Shown here in pieces: positions 35,479 to 44,900 of a stretch of 64,000 nt of DNA. The translations under genes were made by a program, and so were the position numbers. Position 1 is the stretch's first letter; every line of letters starts with the position of its first letter. This stretch comes from a virus (lineage: Duplodnaviria > Heunggongvirae > Uroviricota > Caudoviricetes), in IMG/VR virus record IMGVR_UViG_3300036985_002287, positions 30,613 to 94,612 of that record. One strand, 5' to 3'. The notes under the pieces were generated by a model that saw only the letters and a program-made list of their open reading frames with translations, did no database searches and was not told where the DNA came from.

Positions 35479-35642
35479 CCAGTCTTCAACTCTGAGTTCA
35501 ACTTACCTTTTTTCTCATAATGTGTCTTTGTAAATTCAGACATAGTATGAAATTCTGTAATTTTCCGCAAGATTTCTTCAATATTTTTTCCTGCAACTTG
35601 TGTGCTGTATTCTTTGCCCATTTTAATTTCAGCAGTAATCAT
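35454..35642 (-). CDS. hypothetical protein
   Basis: 62-aa ORF. Confidence 0.35.
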   Translation of the reverse strand: MITAEIKMGKEYSTQVAGKNIEEILRKITEFHTMSEFTKTHYEKKGKLNSELKTGWYIKDPK

Positions 35643-36106
35643 TTCGGTTCCTTGGTTAATTTACAAATTAGCATAAATTCTTCATACGCATTTCTCACTG
35701 CCTGGTTATTTAACAGTTTATCAGCTTCTTCCTGCATCGCTTTTACGGCGGCATCGGTTGCTTCTTGTGCAGATGGCCACTGAAGTGCATGTGTTTCTTC
35801 ACCAAACGATGCTGCCAATGCAGCCCATGCAATCCGTTGTTCCTCAGTCAATAGAGTACTTCCTCTAGCTGCTCTTAAATCTGACTCACGCATTATAACA
35901 CGTGAGATAGCATCTTTGCAATATCTACCAGCTGCAATCATCGGTGCAAATGCAGGATCAATGTCGTAATTCCGTTGCTCGCCGTTCTTATATTTCATCA
36001 CTAAGTGATTACCATACGGCATAGCATTATAGAACTTGGTCCTATCGTCATATTCCCTAACAGGAATATATTTACGACCTTCTTTTTTATAGAATATTGT
36101 TTTCAT
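35639..36106 (-). CDS. hypothetical protein
   Basis: 155-aa ORF. Confidence 0.45.
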   Translation of the reverse strand: MKTIFYKKEGRKYIPVREYDDRTKFYNAMPYGNHLVMKYKNGEQRNYDIDPAFAPMIAAGRYCKDAISRVIMRESDLRAARGSTLLTEEQRIAWAALAASFGEETHALQWPSAQEATDAAVKAMQEEADKLLNNQAVRNAYEEFMLICKLTKEPK

Positions 36107-36470
36107 TACCCGTGTATGTTAATGTTATATCTTCAACTTCGGGATTAGCATTCATGGCTAACCAGCGACCCCATACATACATAGCATCGCCATTGTATCC
36201 CGGGTCGCCCGATAATAGATAAACTCGACCGCTACCTGTTACACCTTTGCGTGATTTGACATCAAAGGTTTGGACAGCAGAACAAACACGACCTTCATAG
36301 CCGGCATATCCTACAAAATGGATAGTATCTCCTGTTCCGTGAAAATCCCCCTTAACACGATAGATTCTCCATTGTGTCAGAGTTGTATTTGGTTCCTGTG
36401 TCACATCAGCAGGTTTCCATATGCTAATGCTTTCTAAATGGTCCATAAGTTTTTCAAAATTTGTTGTCAT
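36087..36470 (-). CDS. hypothetical protein
   Basis: 127-aa ORF. Confidence 0.45.
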   Translation of the reverse strand: MTTNFEKLMDHLESISIWKPADVTQEPNTTLTQWRIYRVKGDFHGTGDTIHFVGYAGYEGRVCSAVQTFDVKSRKGVTGSGRVYLLSGDPGYNGDAMYVWGRWLAMNANPEVEDITLTYTGNENNIL

Positions 36471-36485
36471 ATCCGATCCTTTGTC

Positions 36486-36494
36486 CTATTATAG
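36486..36494 (-). promoter_or_regulatory. TATTATA-type promoter-like element
   Basis: ctattatag 16 nt upstream of the 36087..36470 start. Confidence 0.3.
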
Positions 36495-36512
36495 TACAGA
36501 GTTTAAAACTAG

Positions 36513-37439
36513 TCAATCTTTTAGATCTACCTTGTTCACAACAAAAGGCTCTATTTCCTTAAACTCGGTTTCAGTGGCCTGGTAGAATTTCCATTCATTT
36601 AATTCGACACAAGTTAATCCAGCCCATTTCTTCGGCGCCACACCATGCTGCGAATATCCGCCTGTATTCGACCAGCGACATTGCCATGCGCCGGTATCGA
36701 TACAAGTCTGCCCTACTATAGTAATTGGTTGATGTAATGTTGTATGGCCACAGATGATGTGTGATAGCTCATCATTAAACATACCAGTCATGTCGTTATA
36801 TTTAATTACTCTGACTATCTTATCTCTATTACTTAAATCGCGTTCATACATCTCGTAGAATATACATCTATGCCATGTAAGTGAATCACCTTCATAACAT
36901 GGAACAGTTGCTATTTTTCTTACGTCATCCGGGTCAGATAAAATTTCATCCGAAAGAGGTACCCGTACCTCCGGGAATTCTGCGTGAATGATATGAAACT
37001 TTTTACCATTCTTTACATCTACTGTAATAAGGTAAGGCAATTCCTCTACAAGTGGCAGTAGATCAAACAGGGCAACACTATGATCGGAAGGTATCAGTGC
37101 CGGATTCTTTTTATCGTTTATTGCTTCTATTCCCCATTGTCCACCATTATTAAACCACATACTATCAGTCCCGTGCGGCCAGTGGAATTTTTCAAGCATC
37201 ATCTGTTCATGATTACCTAACACAGCATGAAACCAAGGCTCTCTAATTAGTTCCAAACATTTGAGATGGTCGGGACCTCGGTCGACCAAGTCACCAACGG
37301 AAATCATACGGTCGATGGTAGTATCGAAATTAATATTCTTTAGCAAATTCTGAAGCACATCGTAGCATCCGTGGAGGTCTCCGATCACGAAATCGCGACC
37401 TAATAAATTCGTCTCTAATGTCTTTAATGCATCCTTCAT
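36513..37439 (-). CDS. Ser/Thr protein phosphatase (calcineurin-like metallophosphoesterase, lambda-PPase family) with C-terminal extension
   Basis: GDLHGC, GDLVDRG, GNHE and downstream His motifs of the PPP family. Confidence 0.75.
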   Translation of the reverse strand: MKDALKTLETNLLGRDFVIGDLHGCYDVLQNLLKNINFDTTIDRMISVGDLVDRGPDHLKCLELIREPWFHAVLGNHEQMMLEKFHWPHGTDSMWFNNGGQWGIEAINDKKNPALIPSDHSVALFDLLPLVEELPYLITVDVKNGKKFHIIHAEFPEVRVPLSDEILSDPDDVRKIATVPCYEGDSLTWHRCIFYEMYERDLSNRDKIVRVIKYNDMTGMFNDELSHIICGHTTLHQPITIVGQTCIDTGAWQCRWSNTGGYSQHGVAPKKWAGLTCVELNEWKFYQATETEFKEIEPFVVNKVDLKD

Positions 37440-37705
37440 TCTTTAATTCCCCATACTTTCTTTGTAGCTTCTAATGTAAATGCACCACTCGTTGTAATGC
37501 GAGTTAAAAAATCTTCCTCTTCCTGTGTTAGTACGGGAATCGGTCTAATCTCATACCAAAATTCGTAAGAATCGTTTTTACCGAAATCTTCCTCTTGTCT
37601 TGCACACTTATCGCAAAATGGATGATCGCCCGCAAACTGAGTTGAACGAATCCATACAGTGGGAGCATTGCATATTATACAAAATTCCTCTTTTATTTTT
37701 GTCAT
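37436..37705 (-). CDS. hypothetical zinc-ribbon protein
   Basis: 89 aa; CIIC...CDKC. Confidence 0.4.
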   Translation of the reverse strand: MTKIKEEFCIICNAPTVWIRSTQFAGDHPFCDKCARQEEDFGKNDSYEFWYEIRPIPVLTQEEEDFLTRITTSGAFTLEATKKVWGIKE

Positions 37706-38025
37706 TCTTCAACTCCGAAGTGTTCACTAATGCTATCTCTGATTGTTTGGGCAGTATCATCATTATCCCAATTAAACTCCAATGCGTTCTTATGTTCTTG
37801 GTGGACAATACCCAAACATTCCCGAACAATAAGTTCGGCGAACTTTTCCGGGCTAAACTTAGTTTCGGTAGTAGTTACATAACGATAAGGCGGCCGATCA
37901 TTATCCCATGCACCCGAAATTTCCCGAGTTTCGATTGTGATAATAGATTGTTTTTCAAGTTCTTGCAGTCGTTTATTCATTTTATTCCTGCTAATACATT
38001 TAACACGTTTTCCTGATCTGCCCAT
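37702..38025 (-). CDS. MNE/KFAELIV/HFGVEE family member with N-terminal extension
   Basis: ...EKFAELIVRECLG...SEHFGVEE. Confidence 0.5.
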   Translation of the reverse strand: MGRSGKRVKCISRNKMNKRLQELEKQSIITIETREISGAWDNDRPPYRYVTTTETKFSPEKFAELIVRECLGIVHQEHKNALEFNWDNDDTAQTIRDSISEHFGVEE

Positions 38026-38303
38026 GCTTTTTCCTGATCAACCCTAATCTTCAGATACTCGCGTATGTGTCTGCGATTGCTCCAAATAAACTTTTCGTAT
38101 TTTAACAAACTTTTAGCACACCCTTCGCATCCATAAACAAATAACATACCGGCGAGTTCGATATAACCAAAAGAATCATCGCTATCCTCCGGAAAGCTAT
38201 GATCCTTACCGCAGCCACAATGCACCCACGGGCCACCACCACCCAGGCCAGCATCCCACATCATATCACTGGCTCTATCGGTGGGTTCTGTATAATTTGG
38301 CAT
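37977..38303 (-). CDS. hypothetical Cys-containing protein
   Basis: 108-aa ORF; HCGCG...C..C. Confidence 0.4.
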   Translation of the reverse strand: MPNYTEPTDRASDMMWDAGLGGGGPWVHCGCGKDHSFPEDSDDSFGYIELAGMLFVYGCEGCAKSLLKYEKFIWSNRRHIREYLKIRVDQEKAWADQENVLNVLAGIK

Positions 38304-38497
38304 TAATCGTCCCCGTATAAAGCATCGCCCAAACTTTGCTCGAGCTCGCTGATTTTATCTTCCAGTCGCTCAACTACTTTATCCTTTTCGTCCTCGAGGC
38401 TAGATAGTTGTTCCTGCAGATATGTTATCTGTCCACGCAGACGAATATTTTCCTGTTGTAGTTCAAATATTCGTTCGTCCTTCAAGTCATCCATCAT
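38303..38497 (-). CDS. small coiled-coil protein
   Basis: 64 aa; heptad-like LQEQLSSLEDEKDK. Confidence 0.4.
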   Translation of the reverse strand: MMDDLKDERIFELQQENIRLRGQITYLQEQLSSLEDEKDKVVERLEDKISELEQSLGDALYGDD

Positions 38498-39039
38498 TTT
38501 ATAAGTCCTTTGCGCTTTCTGCGTTCAATTTCTTTCTTATATTCTTTCGGAGACCATTGCTGCCCGTTGATCCAATATTCTTTTGGATGTCCTGTAGCAT
38601 CAACTGCCGGCCCATCCAGACGATGCAATTTTCCATCTACAAACCAAAACCTACTCTGCTTATGTCTATATGCGGGGCCGTCTTCACGATGAAGTTCACC
38701 GTCTTTATACCAACCTTCGAAATCATACTTTCTACTAATATGTGATGGACCAAAGAGTCTATGAAGTACCTTCTTTTCTGCGAAGGCCGATTCGGGTTGT
38801 GGACTACTCGATTTACGATATATAACATCCATGGCACCTGTGCCAGATCCCCACCAGTCTTCCCACAGCTTACCACGCACATAATAATGCGGTCTAACAG
38901 GGTTCATAAATTCTTTATCGATGGTAAGAGCTTCAATTAGCCGATCACCTTCTCTATCGTCGTGCTTAGTCATATTATTGTATTTTACACTATCTGTCAA
39001 AGGTAGAGTATGTCTCCAAGAACCGTTCGACATCGCCAC
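38494..39039 (-). CDS. repeat protein (MORN-like G-x-LHR-x-DGPA repeats)
   Basis: Repeated WYKDGELHREDGPA / WFVDGKLHRLDGPA units. Confidence 0.45.
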   Translation of the reverse strand: MAMSNGSWRHTLPLTDSVKYNNMTKHDDREGDRLIEALTIDKEFMNPVRPHYYVRGKLWEDWWGSGTGAMDVIYRKSSSPQPESAFAEKKVLHRLFGPSHISRKYDFEGWYKDGELHREDGPAYRHKQSRFWFVDGKLHRLDGPAVDATGHPKEYWINGQQWSPKEYKKEIERRKRKGLIK

Positions 39040-39334
39040 ATAATTTTATCGTAATAGCATCACTCTCTGAAAATAATATCAATCTCTTTTTTGTAACAAA
39101 ATAAGGATAATCTATCTTCGACATCGCCCGTTGATGTCTGGATTTAATTGTATCTGGCAATTCGAATGAATAAACAGTAAAGATAGACTTAACAATAATA
39201 AAGCCGGTCAGTGACAATCTCACACCATCAGGATGATGAAATAAGAGTTTATTGAGTTGGTTATCGTCTAACGATGCTGCCGTCTCATGCTTACTCCTGA
39301 CCTCGGTAAATATAGCCGCTTTAAGTGGTAACAT
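38990..39334 (-). CDS. hypothetical protein
   Basis: 114-aa ORF. Confidence 0.4.
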   Translation of the reverse strand: MLPLKAAIFTEVRSKHETAASLDDNQLNKLLFHHPDGVRLSLTGFIIVKSIFTVYSFELPDTIKSRHQRAMSKIDYPYFVTKKRLILFSESDAITIKLCGDVERFLETYSTFDR

Positions 39335-39341
39335 AAACTAT

Positions 39342-39566
39342 TTATAATAACCAACGAACAATACCTACAAGATTTATAACAACAAAGAAATAACTTTGAT
39401 ATATTATAGATTTAGAAGCATCCGAATCTTTTAATAAATAAATTGTTGCTATGTTAGATAAAAGAAATAACAGGAATGCCCAGCCTGACACAGAAATTTT
39501 CAGTGCCATGAGCATCGAGCCTGCGACCGCTCCCCAGAATGATGTGTGATCTAAAAATGATTTCAT
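39342..39566 (-). CDS. small membrane protein (holin-like topology)
   Basis: 74 aa, two hydrophobic helices. Confidence 0.35.
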   Translation of the reverse strand: MKSFLDHTSFWGAVAGSMLMALKISVSGWAFLLFLLSNIATIYLLKDSDASKSIIYQSYFFVVINLVGIVRWLL

Positions 39567-39979
39567 ATTACATTATAACACATGATAAGATAAATAGCAA
39601 TATGAAGATTAAAGAAGCTATATTAGAACCTGCAATATCTCACTTAATTCAGCTTTGTAAAGAGGAATTAGGTATAACTGAATTGCCACACATCCATCTT
39701 ATAAGTAATCAATCCTTTATTGAATCCGGAGATAAGAAATCTTTCGGTGAGTTCAATGGAAACCACGTTAAGGTAATTACAAAAGGTAGACACCCATTGG
39801 ATGTCATGCGAACACTTGCCCATGAACTAACACATTGGAAACAACAGTTAGAAGGTGACGTGATGGATGGCGAAGACGGCAGTGATGTAGAAAATGAAGC
39901 TAATAGCACTGCCGGGGTAATTATGCGTAAATTCGCAGAAAAATATCCCGACTCTTTCTTAAGTTCTATACCAGATTAA
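39539..39979 (+). CDS. hypothetical protein with HExxH-like motif (AHELTHW)
   Basis: 146-aa plus-strand ORF in a small opposite-strand island; possible zincin-like motif. Confidence 0.4.
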   Translation: MMCDLKMISYYIITHDKINSNMKIKEAILEPAISHLIQLCKEELGITELPHIHLISNQSFIESGDKKSFGEFNGNHVKVITKGRHPLDVMRTLAHELTHWKQQLEGDVMDGEDGSDVENEANSTAGVIMRKFAEKYPDSFLSSIPD

Positions 39980-40314
39980 TCATCTGCCTCGGTACACTGT
40001 ACTCCAGTAACTAATTTAAATACAGAAAAATCACTTGTCTTGAACATCTTGTTTAATCTCTCTGCTAGATTAAAAGCATGGCCAGAGTTAGAAAAGGATA
40101 CCTTCTTATACTTAGGACCAGGATAAGAAATTAAGTGGCTTAGTGTACGAAGATTTATAGGCTTTTCTTGATAAAATACAGCATAGATAGCATCAGCATT
40201 CAACACTTGTTCTGCCTTGTATTGTTTGTTAACATTCTCTAAAAGTATGGTGGGTTTTGGTCTCGCCATGTAAGTATTCTCCAATAATATGTATATATTT
40301 ATCAAAAAATACAC
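39976..40314 (-). CDS. hypothetical protein
   Basis: 112-aa ORF. Confidence 0.4.
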   Translation of the reverse strand: MYFLINIYILLENTYMARPKPTILLENVNKQYKAEQVLNADAIYAVFYQEKPINLRTLSHLISYPGPKYKKVSFSNSGHAFNLAERLNKMFKTSDFSVFKLVTGVQCTEADD

Positions 40315-40353
40315 TTTTAATGAGTTTCTAAAATATCAGATAAATAATAGATT

Positions 40354-40596
40354 ATGAAATTACAAGAATTAATCCGAGAAAACAGATTAGAGCAGGCCCG
40401 ATATAATGCCGAATTCGACAAGGCTAACGGTCAGTGGGAACCTAGCCGTCCCAAAATGATACCTACTTATTCAGTCTTTATAAATGGTAAACACTGGAGA
40501 GATTTTGAATCGGAAGATGCAGCTATGAAATCTGCAAATACAGTGTATAACAAGAAACCCCGTTGCAGGGTAGATGTTATGCCGTATAAAAGGTAA
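40354..40596 (+). CDS. hypothetical protein
   Basis: 80-aa plus-strand ORF followed by a hairpin. Confidence 0.4.
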   Translation: MKLQELIRENRLEQARYNAEFDKANGQWEPSRPKMIPTYSVFINGKHWRDFESEDAAMKSANTVYNKKPRCRVDVMPYKR

Positions 40597-40612
40597 GACC
40601 CGAAGGTCTTAC
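40593..40612. terminator. hairpin terminator between convergent genes (GUAAGACCcgaaGGUCUUAC)
   Basis: 8-bp perfect stem with GAAG-type loop between the 40354..40596(+) and 40612..40809(-) ends. Confidence 0.45.
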
Positions 40613-40809
40613 TATAGATGCCCGCCGTCTATTATTCGAGTTGTTTCGGCGGGTGCATTGATAACCACTTCGAGTGGTTTTTCTTTTTGTATTAGAAGAC
40701 CCTCAATCTCTTTCAACAATTGCTTCGCTTGTGTCATGGACATCCTGTATTCCACAACATCTTTTTTAACGTTCTGTAAACGTAATTTGAATTTATTTAT
40801 TTCCTGCAT
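40612..40809 (-). CDS. hypothetical protein
   Basis: 65-aa ORF. Confidence 0.4.
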   Translation of the reverse strand: MQEINKFKLRLQNVKKDVVEYRMSMTQAKQLLKEIEGLLIQKEKPLEVVINAPAETTRIIDGGHL

Positions 40810-41299
40810 TGTCTGAATTCTTTTGTTTGCGATTTTTTGTCAAGGCACTTCTCATCTCTAATTCTGTCTTAAATGGGCCTGCATATTCGTATGTTTCTAA
40901 GGTAGAAAATTTAGGACAAAATGCGGGCATCCAATTCTTAGGAAAATGCAAGCAATAATAACCTGCACTATAGTACACATTGCTAGTCGCTTTTTTACTA
41001 AAAAGAGGTAACTTATTGCCTTTTATTAATACCTCGGTAGGACTATCGAAATCTACTGGGTAGCCGTTTATGAAATAATTAGTTACACTTTCTTTCTCTG
41101 TCTTATCAACTACATTTTCAAACACATCTTCATTAAAGAATTTGTTAACTTCTTTTCTATCAACGAATTGTTGTTTTACTCCCTTAACCATTAATACATA
41201 TTGGTTACGGATTTCAGTTAATAATCCTACACGACTATCTTCTGTATCACTAATCACCAGCCAGCTGGTTTCCGTGATCGGTTTTAATTTTACGGACAT
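40793..41299 (-). CDS. hypothetical protein
   Basis: 168-aa ORF. Confidence 0.45.
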   Translation of the reverse strand: MSVKLKPITETSWLVISDTEDSRVGLLTEIRNQYVLMVKGVKQQFVDRKEVNKFFNEDVFENVVDKTEKESVTNYFINGYPVDFDSPTEVLIKGNKLPLFSKKATSNVYYSAGYYCLHFPKNWMPAFCPKFSTLETYEYAGPFKTELEMRSALTKNRKQKNSDNAGNK

Positions 41300-41310
41300 T
41301 CTTTTTCCTT

Positions 41311-42348
41311 TTAAGAAATGTATTTAGCACGAAGCATAGGCATAAAATCTACAGAGTTATCGCCTATCTTCTTTAATCCCCATCTACCACAAAATTTCAT
41401 GAAATGGTGTCCGATCTCAATTGCTGGAACTGCTTTTCTTCCAGTCTCCTCTGCAATGATTTGTAGACATTCTATCTTGATATCGTCCGGTATCTGTGTT
41501 AAGTCTATCAGCATACGATTAAATTCATAACGCTCTCTAACGATTTGTTCTTGTTGGTTATGGTCTACCCATTTCTGCAACATAAAATTATGCCAGCTAA
41601 ATCCTTTGGCTGTCTGATCGCCGAATGCTTCGCGGATACCCACACTCGACTTTGTGCCTTTTTCCCGAACACCGGGGTAGGCACTAAAAATATTGTCTGT
41701 CTTATCCCCGCGGACGCATTTTAAGAACAAAGCATATTCATACCACTTATCTTCACACACAAAGGTAGGATTTCGTTTTCCGGGCTTAATCTTAGCATCG
41801 GATGACAAGATGAATTCGAGTCTCTTCCCGTTATCGTCATAAACTCCATCTTGTTTTATCTGGATGTCCTTGACAGGATCATACAACATAACACCGGGGT
41901 ACCGTAATAACTGAAAGAAATCTGAGTCTGAGCTGATTACTATGTGTTTATCGTCTGGGTGTGCCTCGATAAACATAGCAATCATGTCATCTGCTTCTGC
42001 ATGTTTGTTCTGCAATACAGTTACATTAGTCTTGGTGTCTAAATACTCTACAAGATCATCGAATGCTTCTGTAAGAATGGCATGATCTTCTTGTTCTTTT
42101 TGTGTCAGCAATGCTCTGGCCGCTGTACGATTACCCTTGTAATCGGGGTAGACGTGTTTTCTCCACGAGTGACCTTCTATAAAGAATACAGTATGAGTAC
42201 CATTAAATTTATTGTACTCTTTTTTCATACTGCTAAGAATAAGGTGCAATGCCATCCCTATCATACTATCGATGCCCAATGCAGGATTGGTCATTTTAAT
42301 TTGGCGGTGAAATAGATTTGCGCCGTCTGTATGGATAAATGTGTGCAT
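41311..42348 (-). CDS. 5'-3' exonuclease / flap endonuclease (T4 RNase H / T5 D15-like)
   Basis: KGNR, EADD and SSDSDFFQLL motifs of the FEN/5'-3' exonuclease family. Confidence 0.8.
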   Translation of the reverse strand: MHTFIHTDGANLFHRQIKMTNPALGIDSMIGMALHLILSSMKKEYNKFNGTHTVFFIEGHSWRKHVYPDYKGNRTAARALLTQKEQEDHAILTEAFDDLVEYLDTKTNVTVLQNKHAEADDMIAMFIEAHPDDKHIVISSDSDFFQLLRYPGVMLYDPVKDIQIKQDGVYDDNGKRLEFILSSDAKIKPGKRNPTFVCEDKWYEYALFLKCVRGDKTDNIFSAYPGVREKGTKSSVGIREAFGDQTAKGFSWHNFMLQKWVDHNQQEQIVRERYEFNRMLIDLTQIPDDIKIECLQIIAEETGRKAVPAIEIGHHFMKFCGRWGLKKIGDNSVDFMPMLRAKYIS

Positions 42349-42399
42349 GTCTGATTATACTATATTTAAGGGTGACTGTCTACTGGCTAGATTGTAAAC

Positions 42400-42672
42400 T
42401 TACAACGAGTCGCTTACACTAGGTCGACGCTTAACAACATTGACCTGTTCAAGAAGCGCCTGGTATTCTGCTGGGTGTGAACGCCAATATACTACGCAGG
42501 ATTTCTGGGGGCGTTCGACGTAATGATTGAATAGGATTTCTTGGCGTTTCGGATGGATTTCATGCTGAAGGCACCCGGGGACTGGATAATATTTCCAGCA
42601 GAGTTTCTGATGTTTTGTCATTTTCTCGCCACCTAATCTGGCCTTCATAGCATAGTAGGTCCTTAAGTGCAT
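42400..42672 (-). CDS. hypothetical protein
   Basis: 90-aa ORF. Confidence 0.4.
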   Translation of the reverse strand: MHLRTYYAMKARLGGEKMTKHQKLCWKYYPVPGCLQHEIHPKRQEILFNHYVERPQKSCVVYWRSHPAEYQALLEQVNVVKRRPSVSDSL

Positions 42673-43322
42673 TATTTGTATCCACGTCTACCTTCACCAA
42701 ACGCCTTAGGGGTCGAATTATCGTTTGCATTCCAGCGTCTCATTGCTTCCATGTTGGCATCCGAATCTGCAGTGAAATCACCCGTACCATCGAATTCTTC
42801 TAACGCTACATTTCTGCATACTTCCATAAACCACTGATTAACAATGCTATCTGGAGTCAGCCCTTCATAACCTTCTTTCTTAAGATTCTCTACAAACAAC
42901 TCATTCCAATCTAATTCGAAGCTACCTTCTAATGATTTCTTTCCACCAAAGTCCATGCTTAATACAGTTACCCATGGCTCACCTTTTAATGTAGCAGTTT
43001 GTTTGCCGTGTTCGAGTTCGGTAATCTTTCCTTGTTCCTTTTTAAGGTTCAACAATGCTTGTTTTCTTTCACCGTCGTCTTTAATGAGTGTTAGAAGTAA
43101 GTGATCATATTCGTCCTTGTCTATTACACCTCTTCTTAATTCCAGATCATTAAATCGTTTAAAATAAGTATCCTCGTCGAGCTCGTCTTTGGATAACTCG
43201 AGTAATTTCCGCTCTAATTCGAACCCTGATAATTCATACTCAGCTCTGGCTCGCTCTCTTGTTTTTCCGGCCATCCCCCATGTAAATGGCAATAATGAAA
43301 AGGGTATTAATTTTTTTGACAT
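42672..43322 (-). CDS. hypothetical protein
   Basis: 216-aa ORF. Confidence 0.45.
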   Translation of the reverse strand: MSKKLIPFSLLPFTWGMAGKTRERARAEYELSGFELERKLLELSKDELDEDTYFKRFNDLELRRGVIDKDEYDHLLLTLIKDDGERKQALLNLKKEQGKITELEHGKQTATLKGEPWVTVLSMDFGGKKSLEGSFELDWNELFVENLKKEGYEGLTPDSIVNQWFMEVCRNVALEEFDGTGDFTADSDANMEAMRRWNANDNSTPKAFGEGRRGYK

Positions 43323-43359
43323 CGTTATTCCTGTGTATAGGTAGAAAATTTACGTAAAT

Positions 43360-43437
43360 TTTCTAGGTTCAGATTTTAATCTGAGAATGATATTTTAAAA
43401 TCCAAATCTGAAATGTAAATCTGACTTTGATATTCCA
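43360..43437. repeat. AT-rich intergenic repeat (ttttaaaatccaaatc ... aatctga units), copy 2 of 2
   Basis: Shares a 16-mer and aatctga iterons with 16985-17050. Confidence 0.5.
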
Positions 43438-44340
43438 TTATGCCATGCTTACATATAAATGCTGTTGTAGGTTCAGCTTGAATCCATGATCAAGACAGTA
43501 TTTACCTGTGTATTCGTGATTACGTTGATTTTCTACTAAGTTTAATAATCCAGGTTCCCAGAAAGAAATTACCTCATCTACTGTAGATCGTTCTGCCATT
43601 GTGATCTCACCTTTCTCTGCTCGAAGTAATTTAATCTTCTGCGGAAAGTCATTATATACATTCATAGGGGAACAATAGATTTCTTTCTCCGGATTAAGTC
43701 TTTTCCATTCGTGTGCCCATTCCGGGACTGTGCTATATGGACTTACCGGGTCCGCACTCATTACAAACTTAAGGCAGTCGGCCCGCTTAAGAATCATATC
43801 AGTCGGTGCTAAATACTTTGTTGCTACACCGTTCTTTTCCGAACACTTGGGAGAACATACAACAGTGACGTGACTGGCTATATATGGATTGCTTATTGTG
43901 CCATTAGTTTCGATTTGAATTGCCTTAAATACCGGTTCAACACTATCCATAAAACCTAATAAATTAGATTGCAACATCGGCTCGCCACCCGTGATAACTA
44001 AGACAATGTTCGGCCAATGGAAGCTTGGCTGTGGCCGAGGGAAACGAGTCATTGCCCACTCCGGCGGCACTTCTGGCGGTGTCCGTGTAGCCCAATAATT
44101 ACGAATAGTATCAAATGCCTTATGCTGAATTTCATCATATGTCATCCATGTACCGTCATCAAAGAAAGTATCGCAGAAAGAACATGCTAGGTTACACTTT
44201 GCTAATCTGATGAATAGTGCAGGTAGACCAGCATAGGGTCCTTCTCCTTGCAACGTAAAGAACATACTTGTAACATACAAGCTGCCTTTAGGTGCTTTAT
44301 CAAAAAATTTCTTGCCAATTATTGTATTAGTTCCGAACAT
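43438..44340 (-). CDS. queE: 7-carboxy-7-deazaguanine synthase QueE (radical SAM)
   Basis: MFFTLQGEGPYAGLPALFIRLAKCNLACSFCDT, VLVITGGEP and QIETNGT are near-identical in spacing to E. coli QueE motifs (FQTLQGEG...CxxxCxxCDT...ITGGEP...QIETSGT). Confidence 0.85.
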   Translation of the reverse strand: MFGTNTIIGKKFFDKAPKGSLYVTSMFFTLQGEGPYAGLPALFIRLAKCNLACSFCDTFFDDGTWMTYDEIQHKAFDTIRNYWATRTPPEVPPEWAMTRFPRPQPSFHWPNIVLVITGGEPMLQSNLLGFMDSVEPVFKAIQIETNGTISNPYIASHVTVVCSPKCSEKNGVATKYLAPTDMILKRADCLKFVMSADPVSPYSTVPEWAHEWKRLNPEKEIYCSPMNVYNDFPQKIKLLRAEKGEITMAERSTVDEVISFWEPGLLNLVENQRNHEYTGKYCLDHGFKLNLQQHLYVSMA

Positions 44341-44520
44341 TATTCTTTATCCTCGAATTTAACAAGTTTAACTCTGACGCCTTCAAATTCATTATCGAAC
44401 GCAACAGTGACAACTTCCAAAACTTCTTCACAGCCTGTTACGCCACGATCATTTATGTCATTCCAGAACTCATCATCGCCTTCTTCTATAACAAATTCGA
44501 ATATGTATCTTTTCATATAT
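44341..44520 (-). CDS. small acidic hypothetical protein (59 aa)
   Basis: Own translation MKRYIFEFVIEEGDDEFWNDINDRG...; ATGA-coupled to queE. Confidence 0.35.
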
Positions 44521-44576
44521 AGTCCTTATCTGTTATTATAGCGATTTTCGATATGTAAGTCAAGTCACCTATCGAA

Positions 44577-44900
44577 TTATACACCAGATGAGTCGCCCCA
44601 TGTATGCATATATTTAGATAGTCTTATCATCTTATTAACACGGGCTTTTTCTATACCAGAAGCGGTAACACCGAGATTCGCGTTAGTAACCATATCTACC
44701 AACGCCAATACATCTCCTAATTCCATTTCTAAATTTTCAAGATTAGTTGTTGTAGAAGCAGGGTTCTTACCCACTACACCAAATCGTTTAATTTTAGATG
44801 CTGCCTGAATTACTTCGGCACATTCTTCCTGAAGAATATTAAGACATTCTTCCTGATGATCATTTACTTGTTTCAAATTTTTTCTCCCAATTCCATGCAT
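44577..44900 (-). CDS. putative MazG-like nucleotide pyrophosphohydrolase
   Basis: all-alpha, ECLNILQEECAEVIQA resembles the MazG EExxE metal-binding helix; weak. Confidence 0.35.
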   Translation of the reverse strand: MHGIGRKNLKQVNDHQEECLNILQEECAEVIQAASKIKRFGVVGKNPASTTTNLENLEMELGDVLALVDMVTNANLGVTASGIEKARVNKMIRLSKYMHTWGDSSGV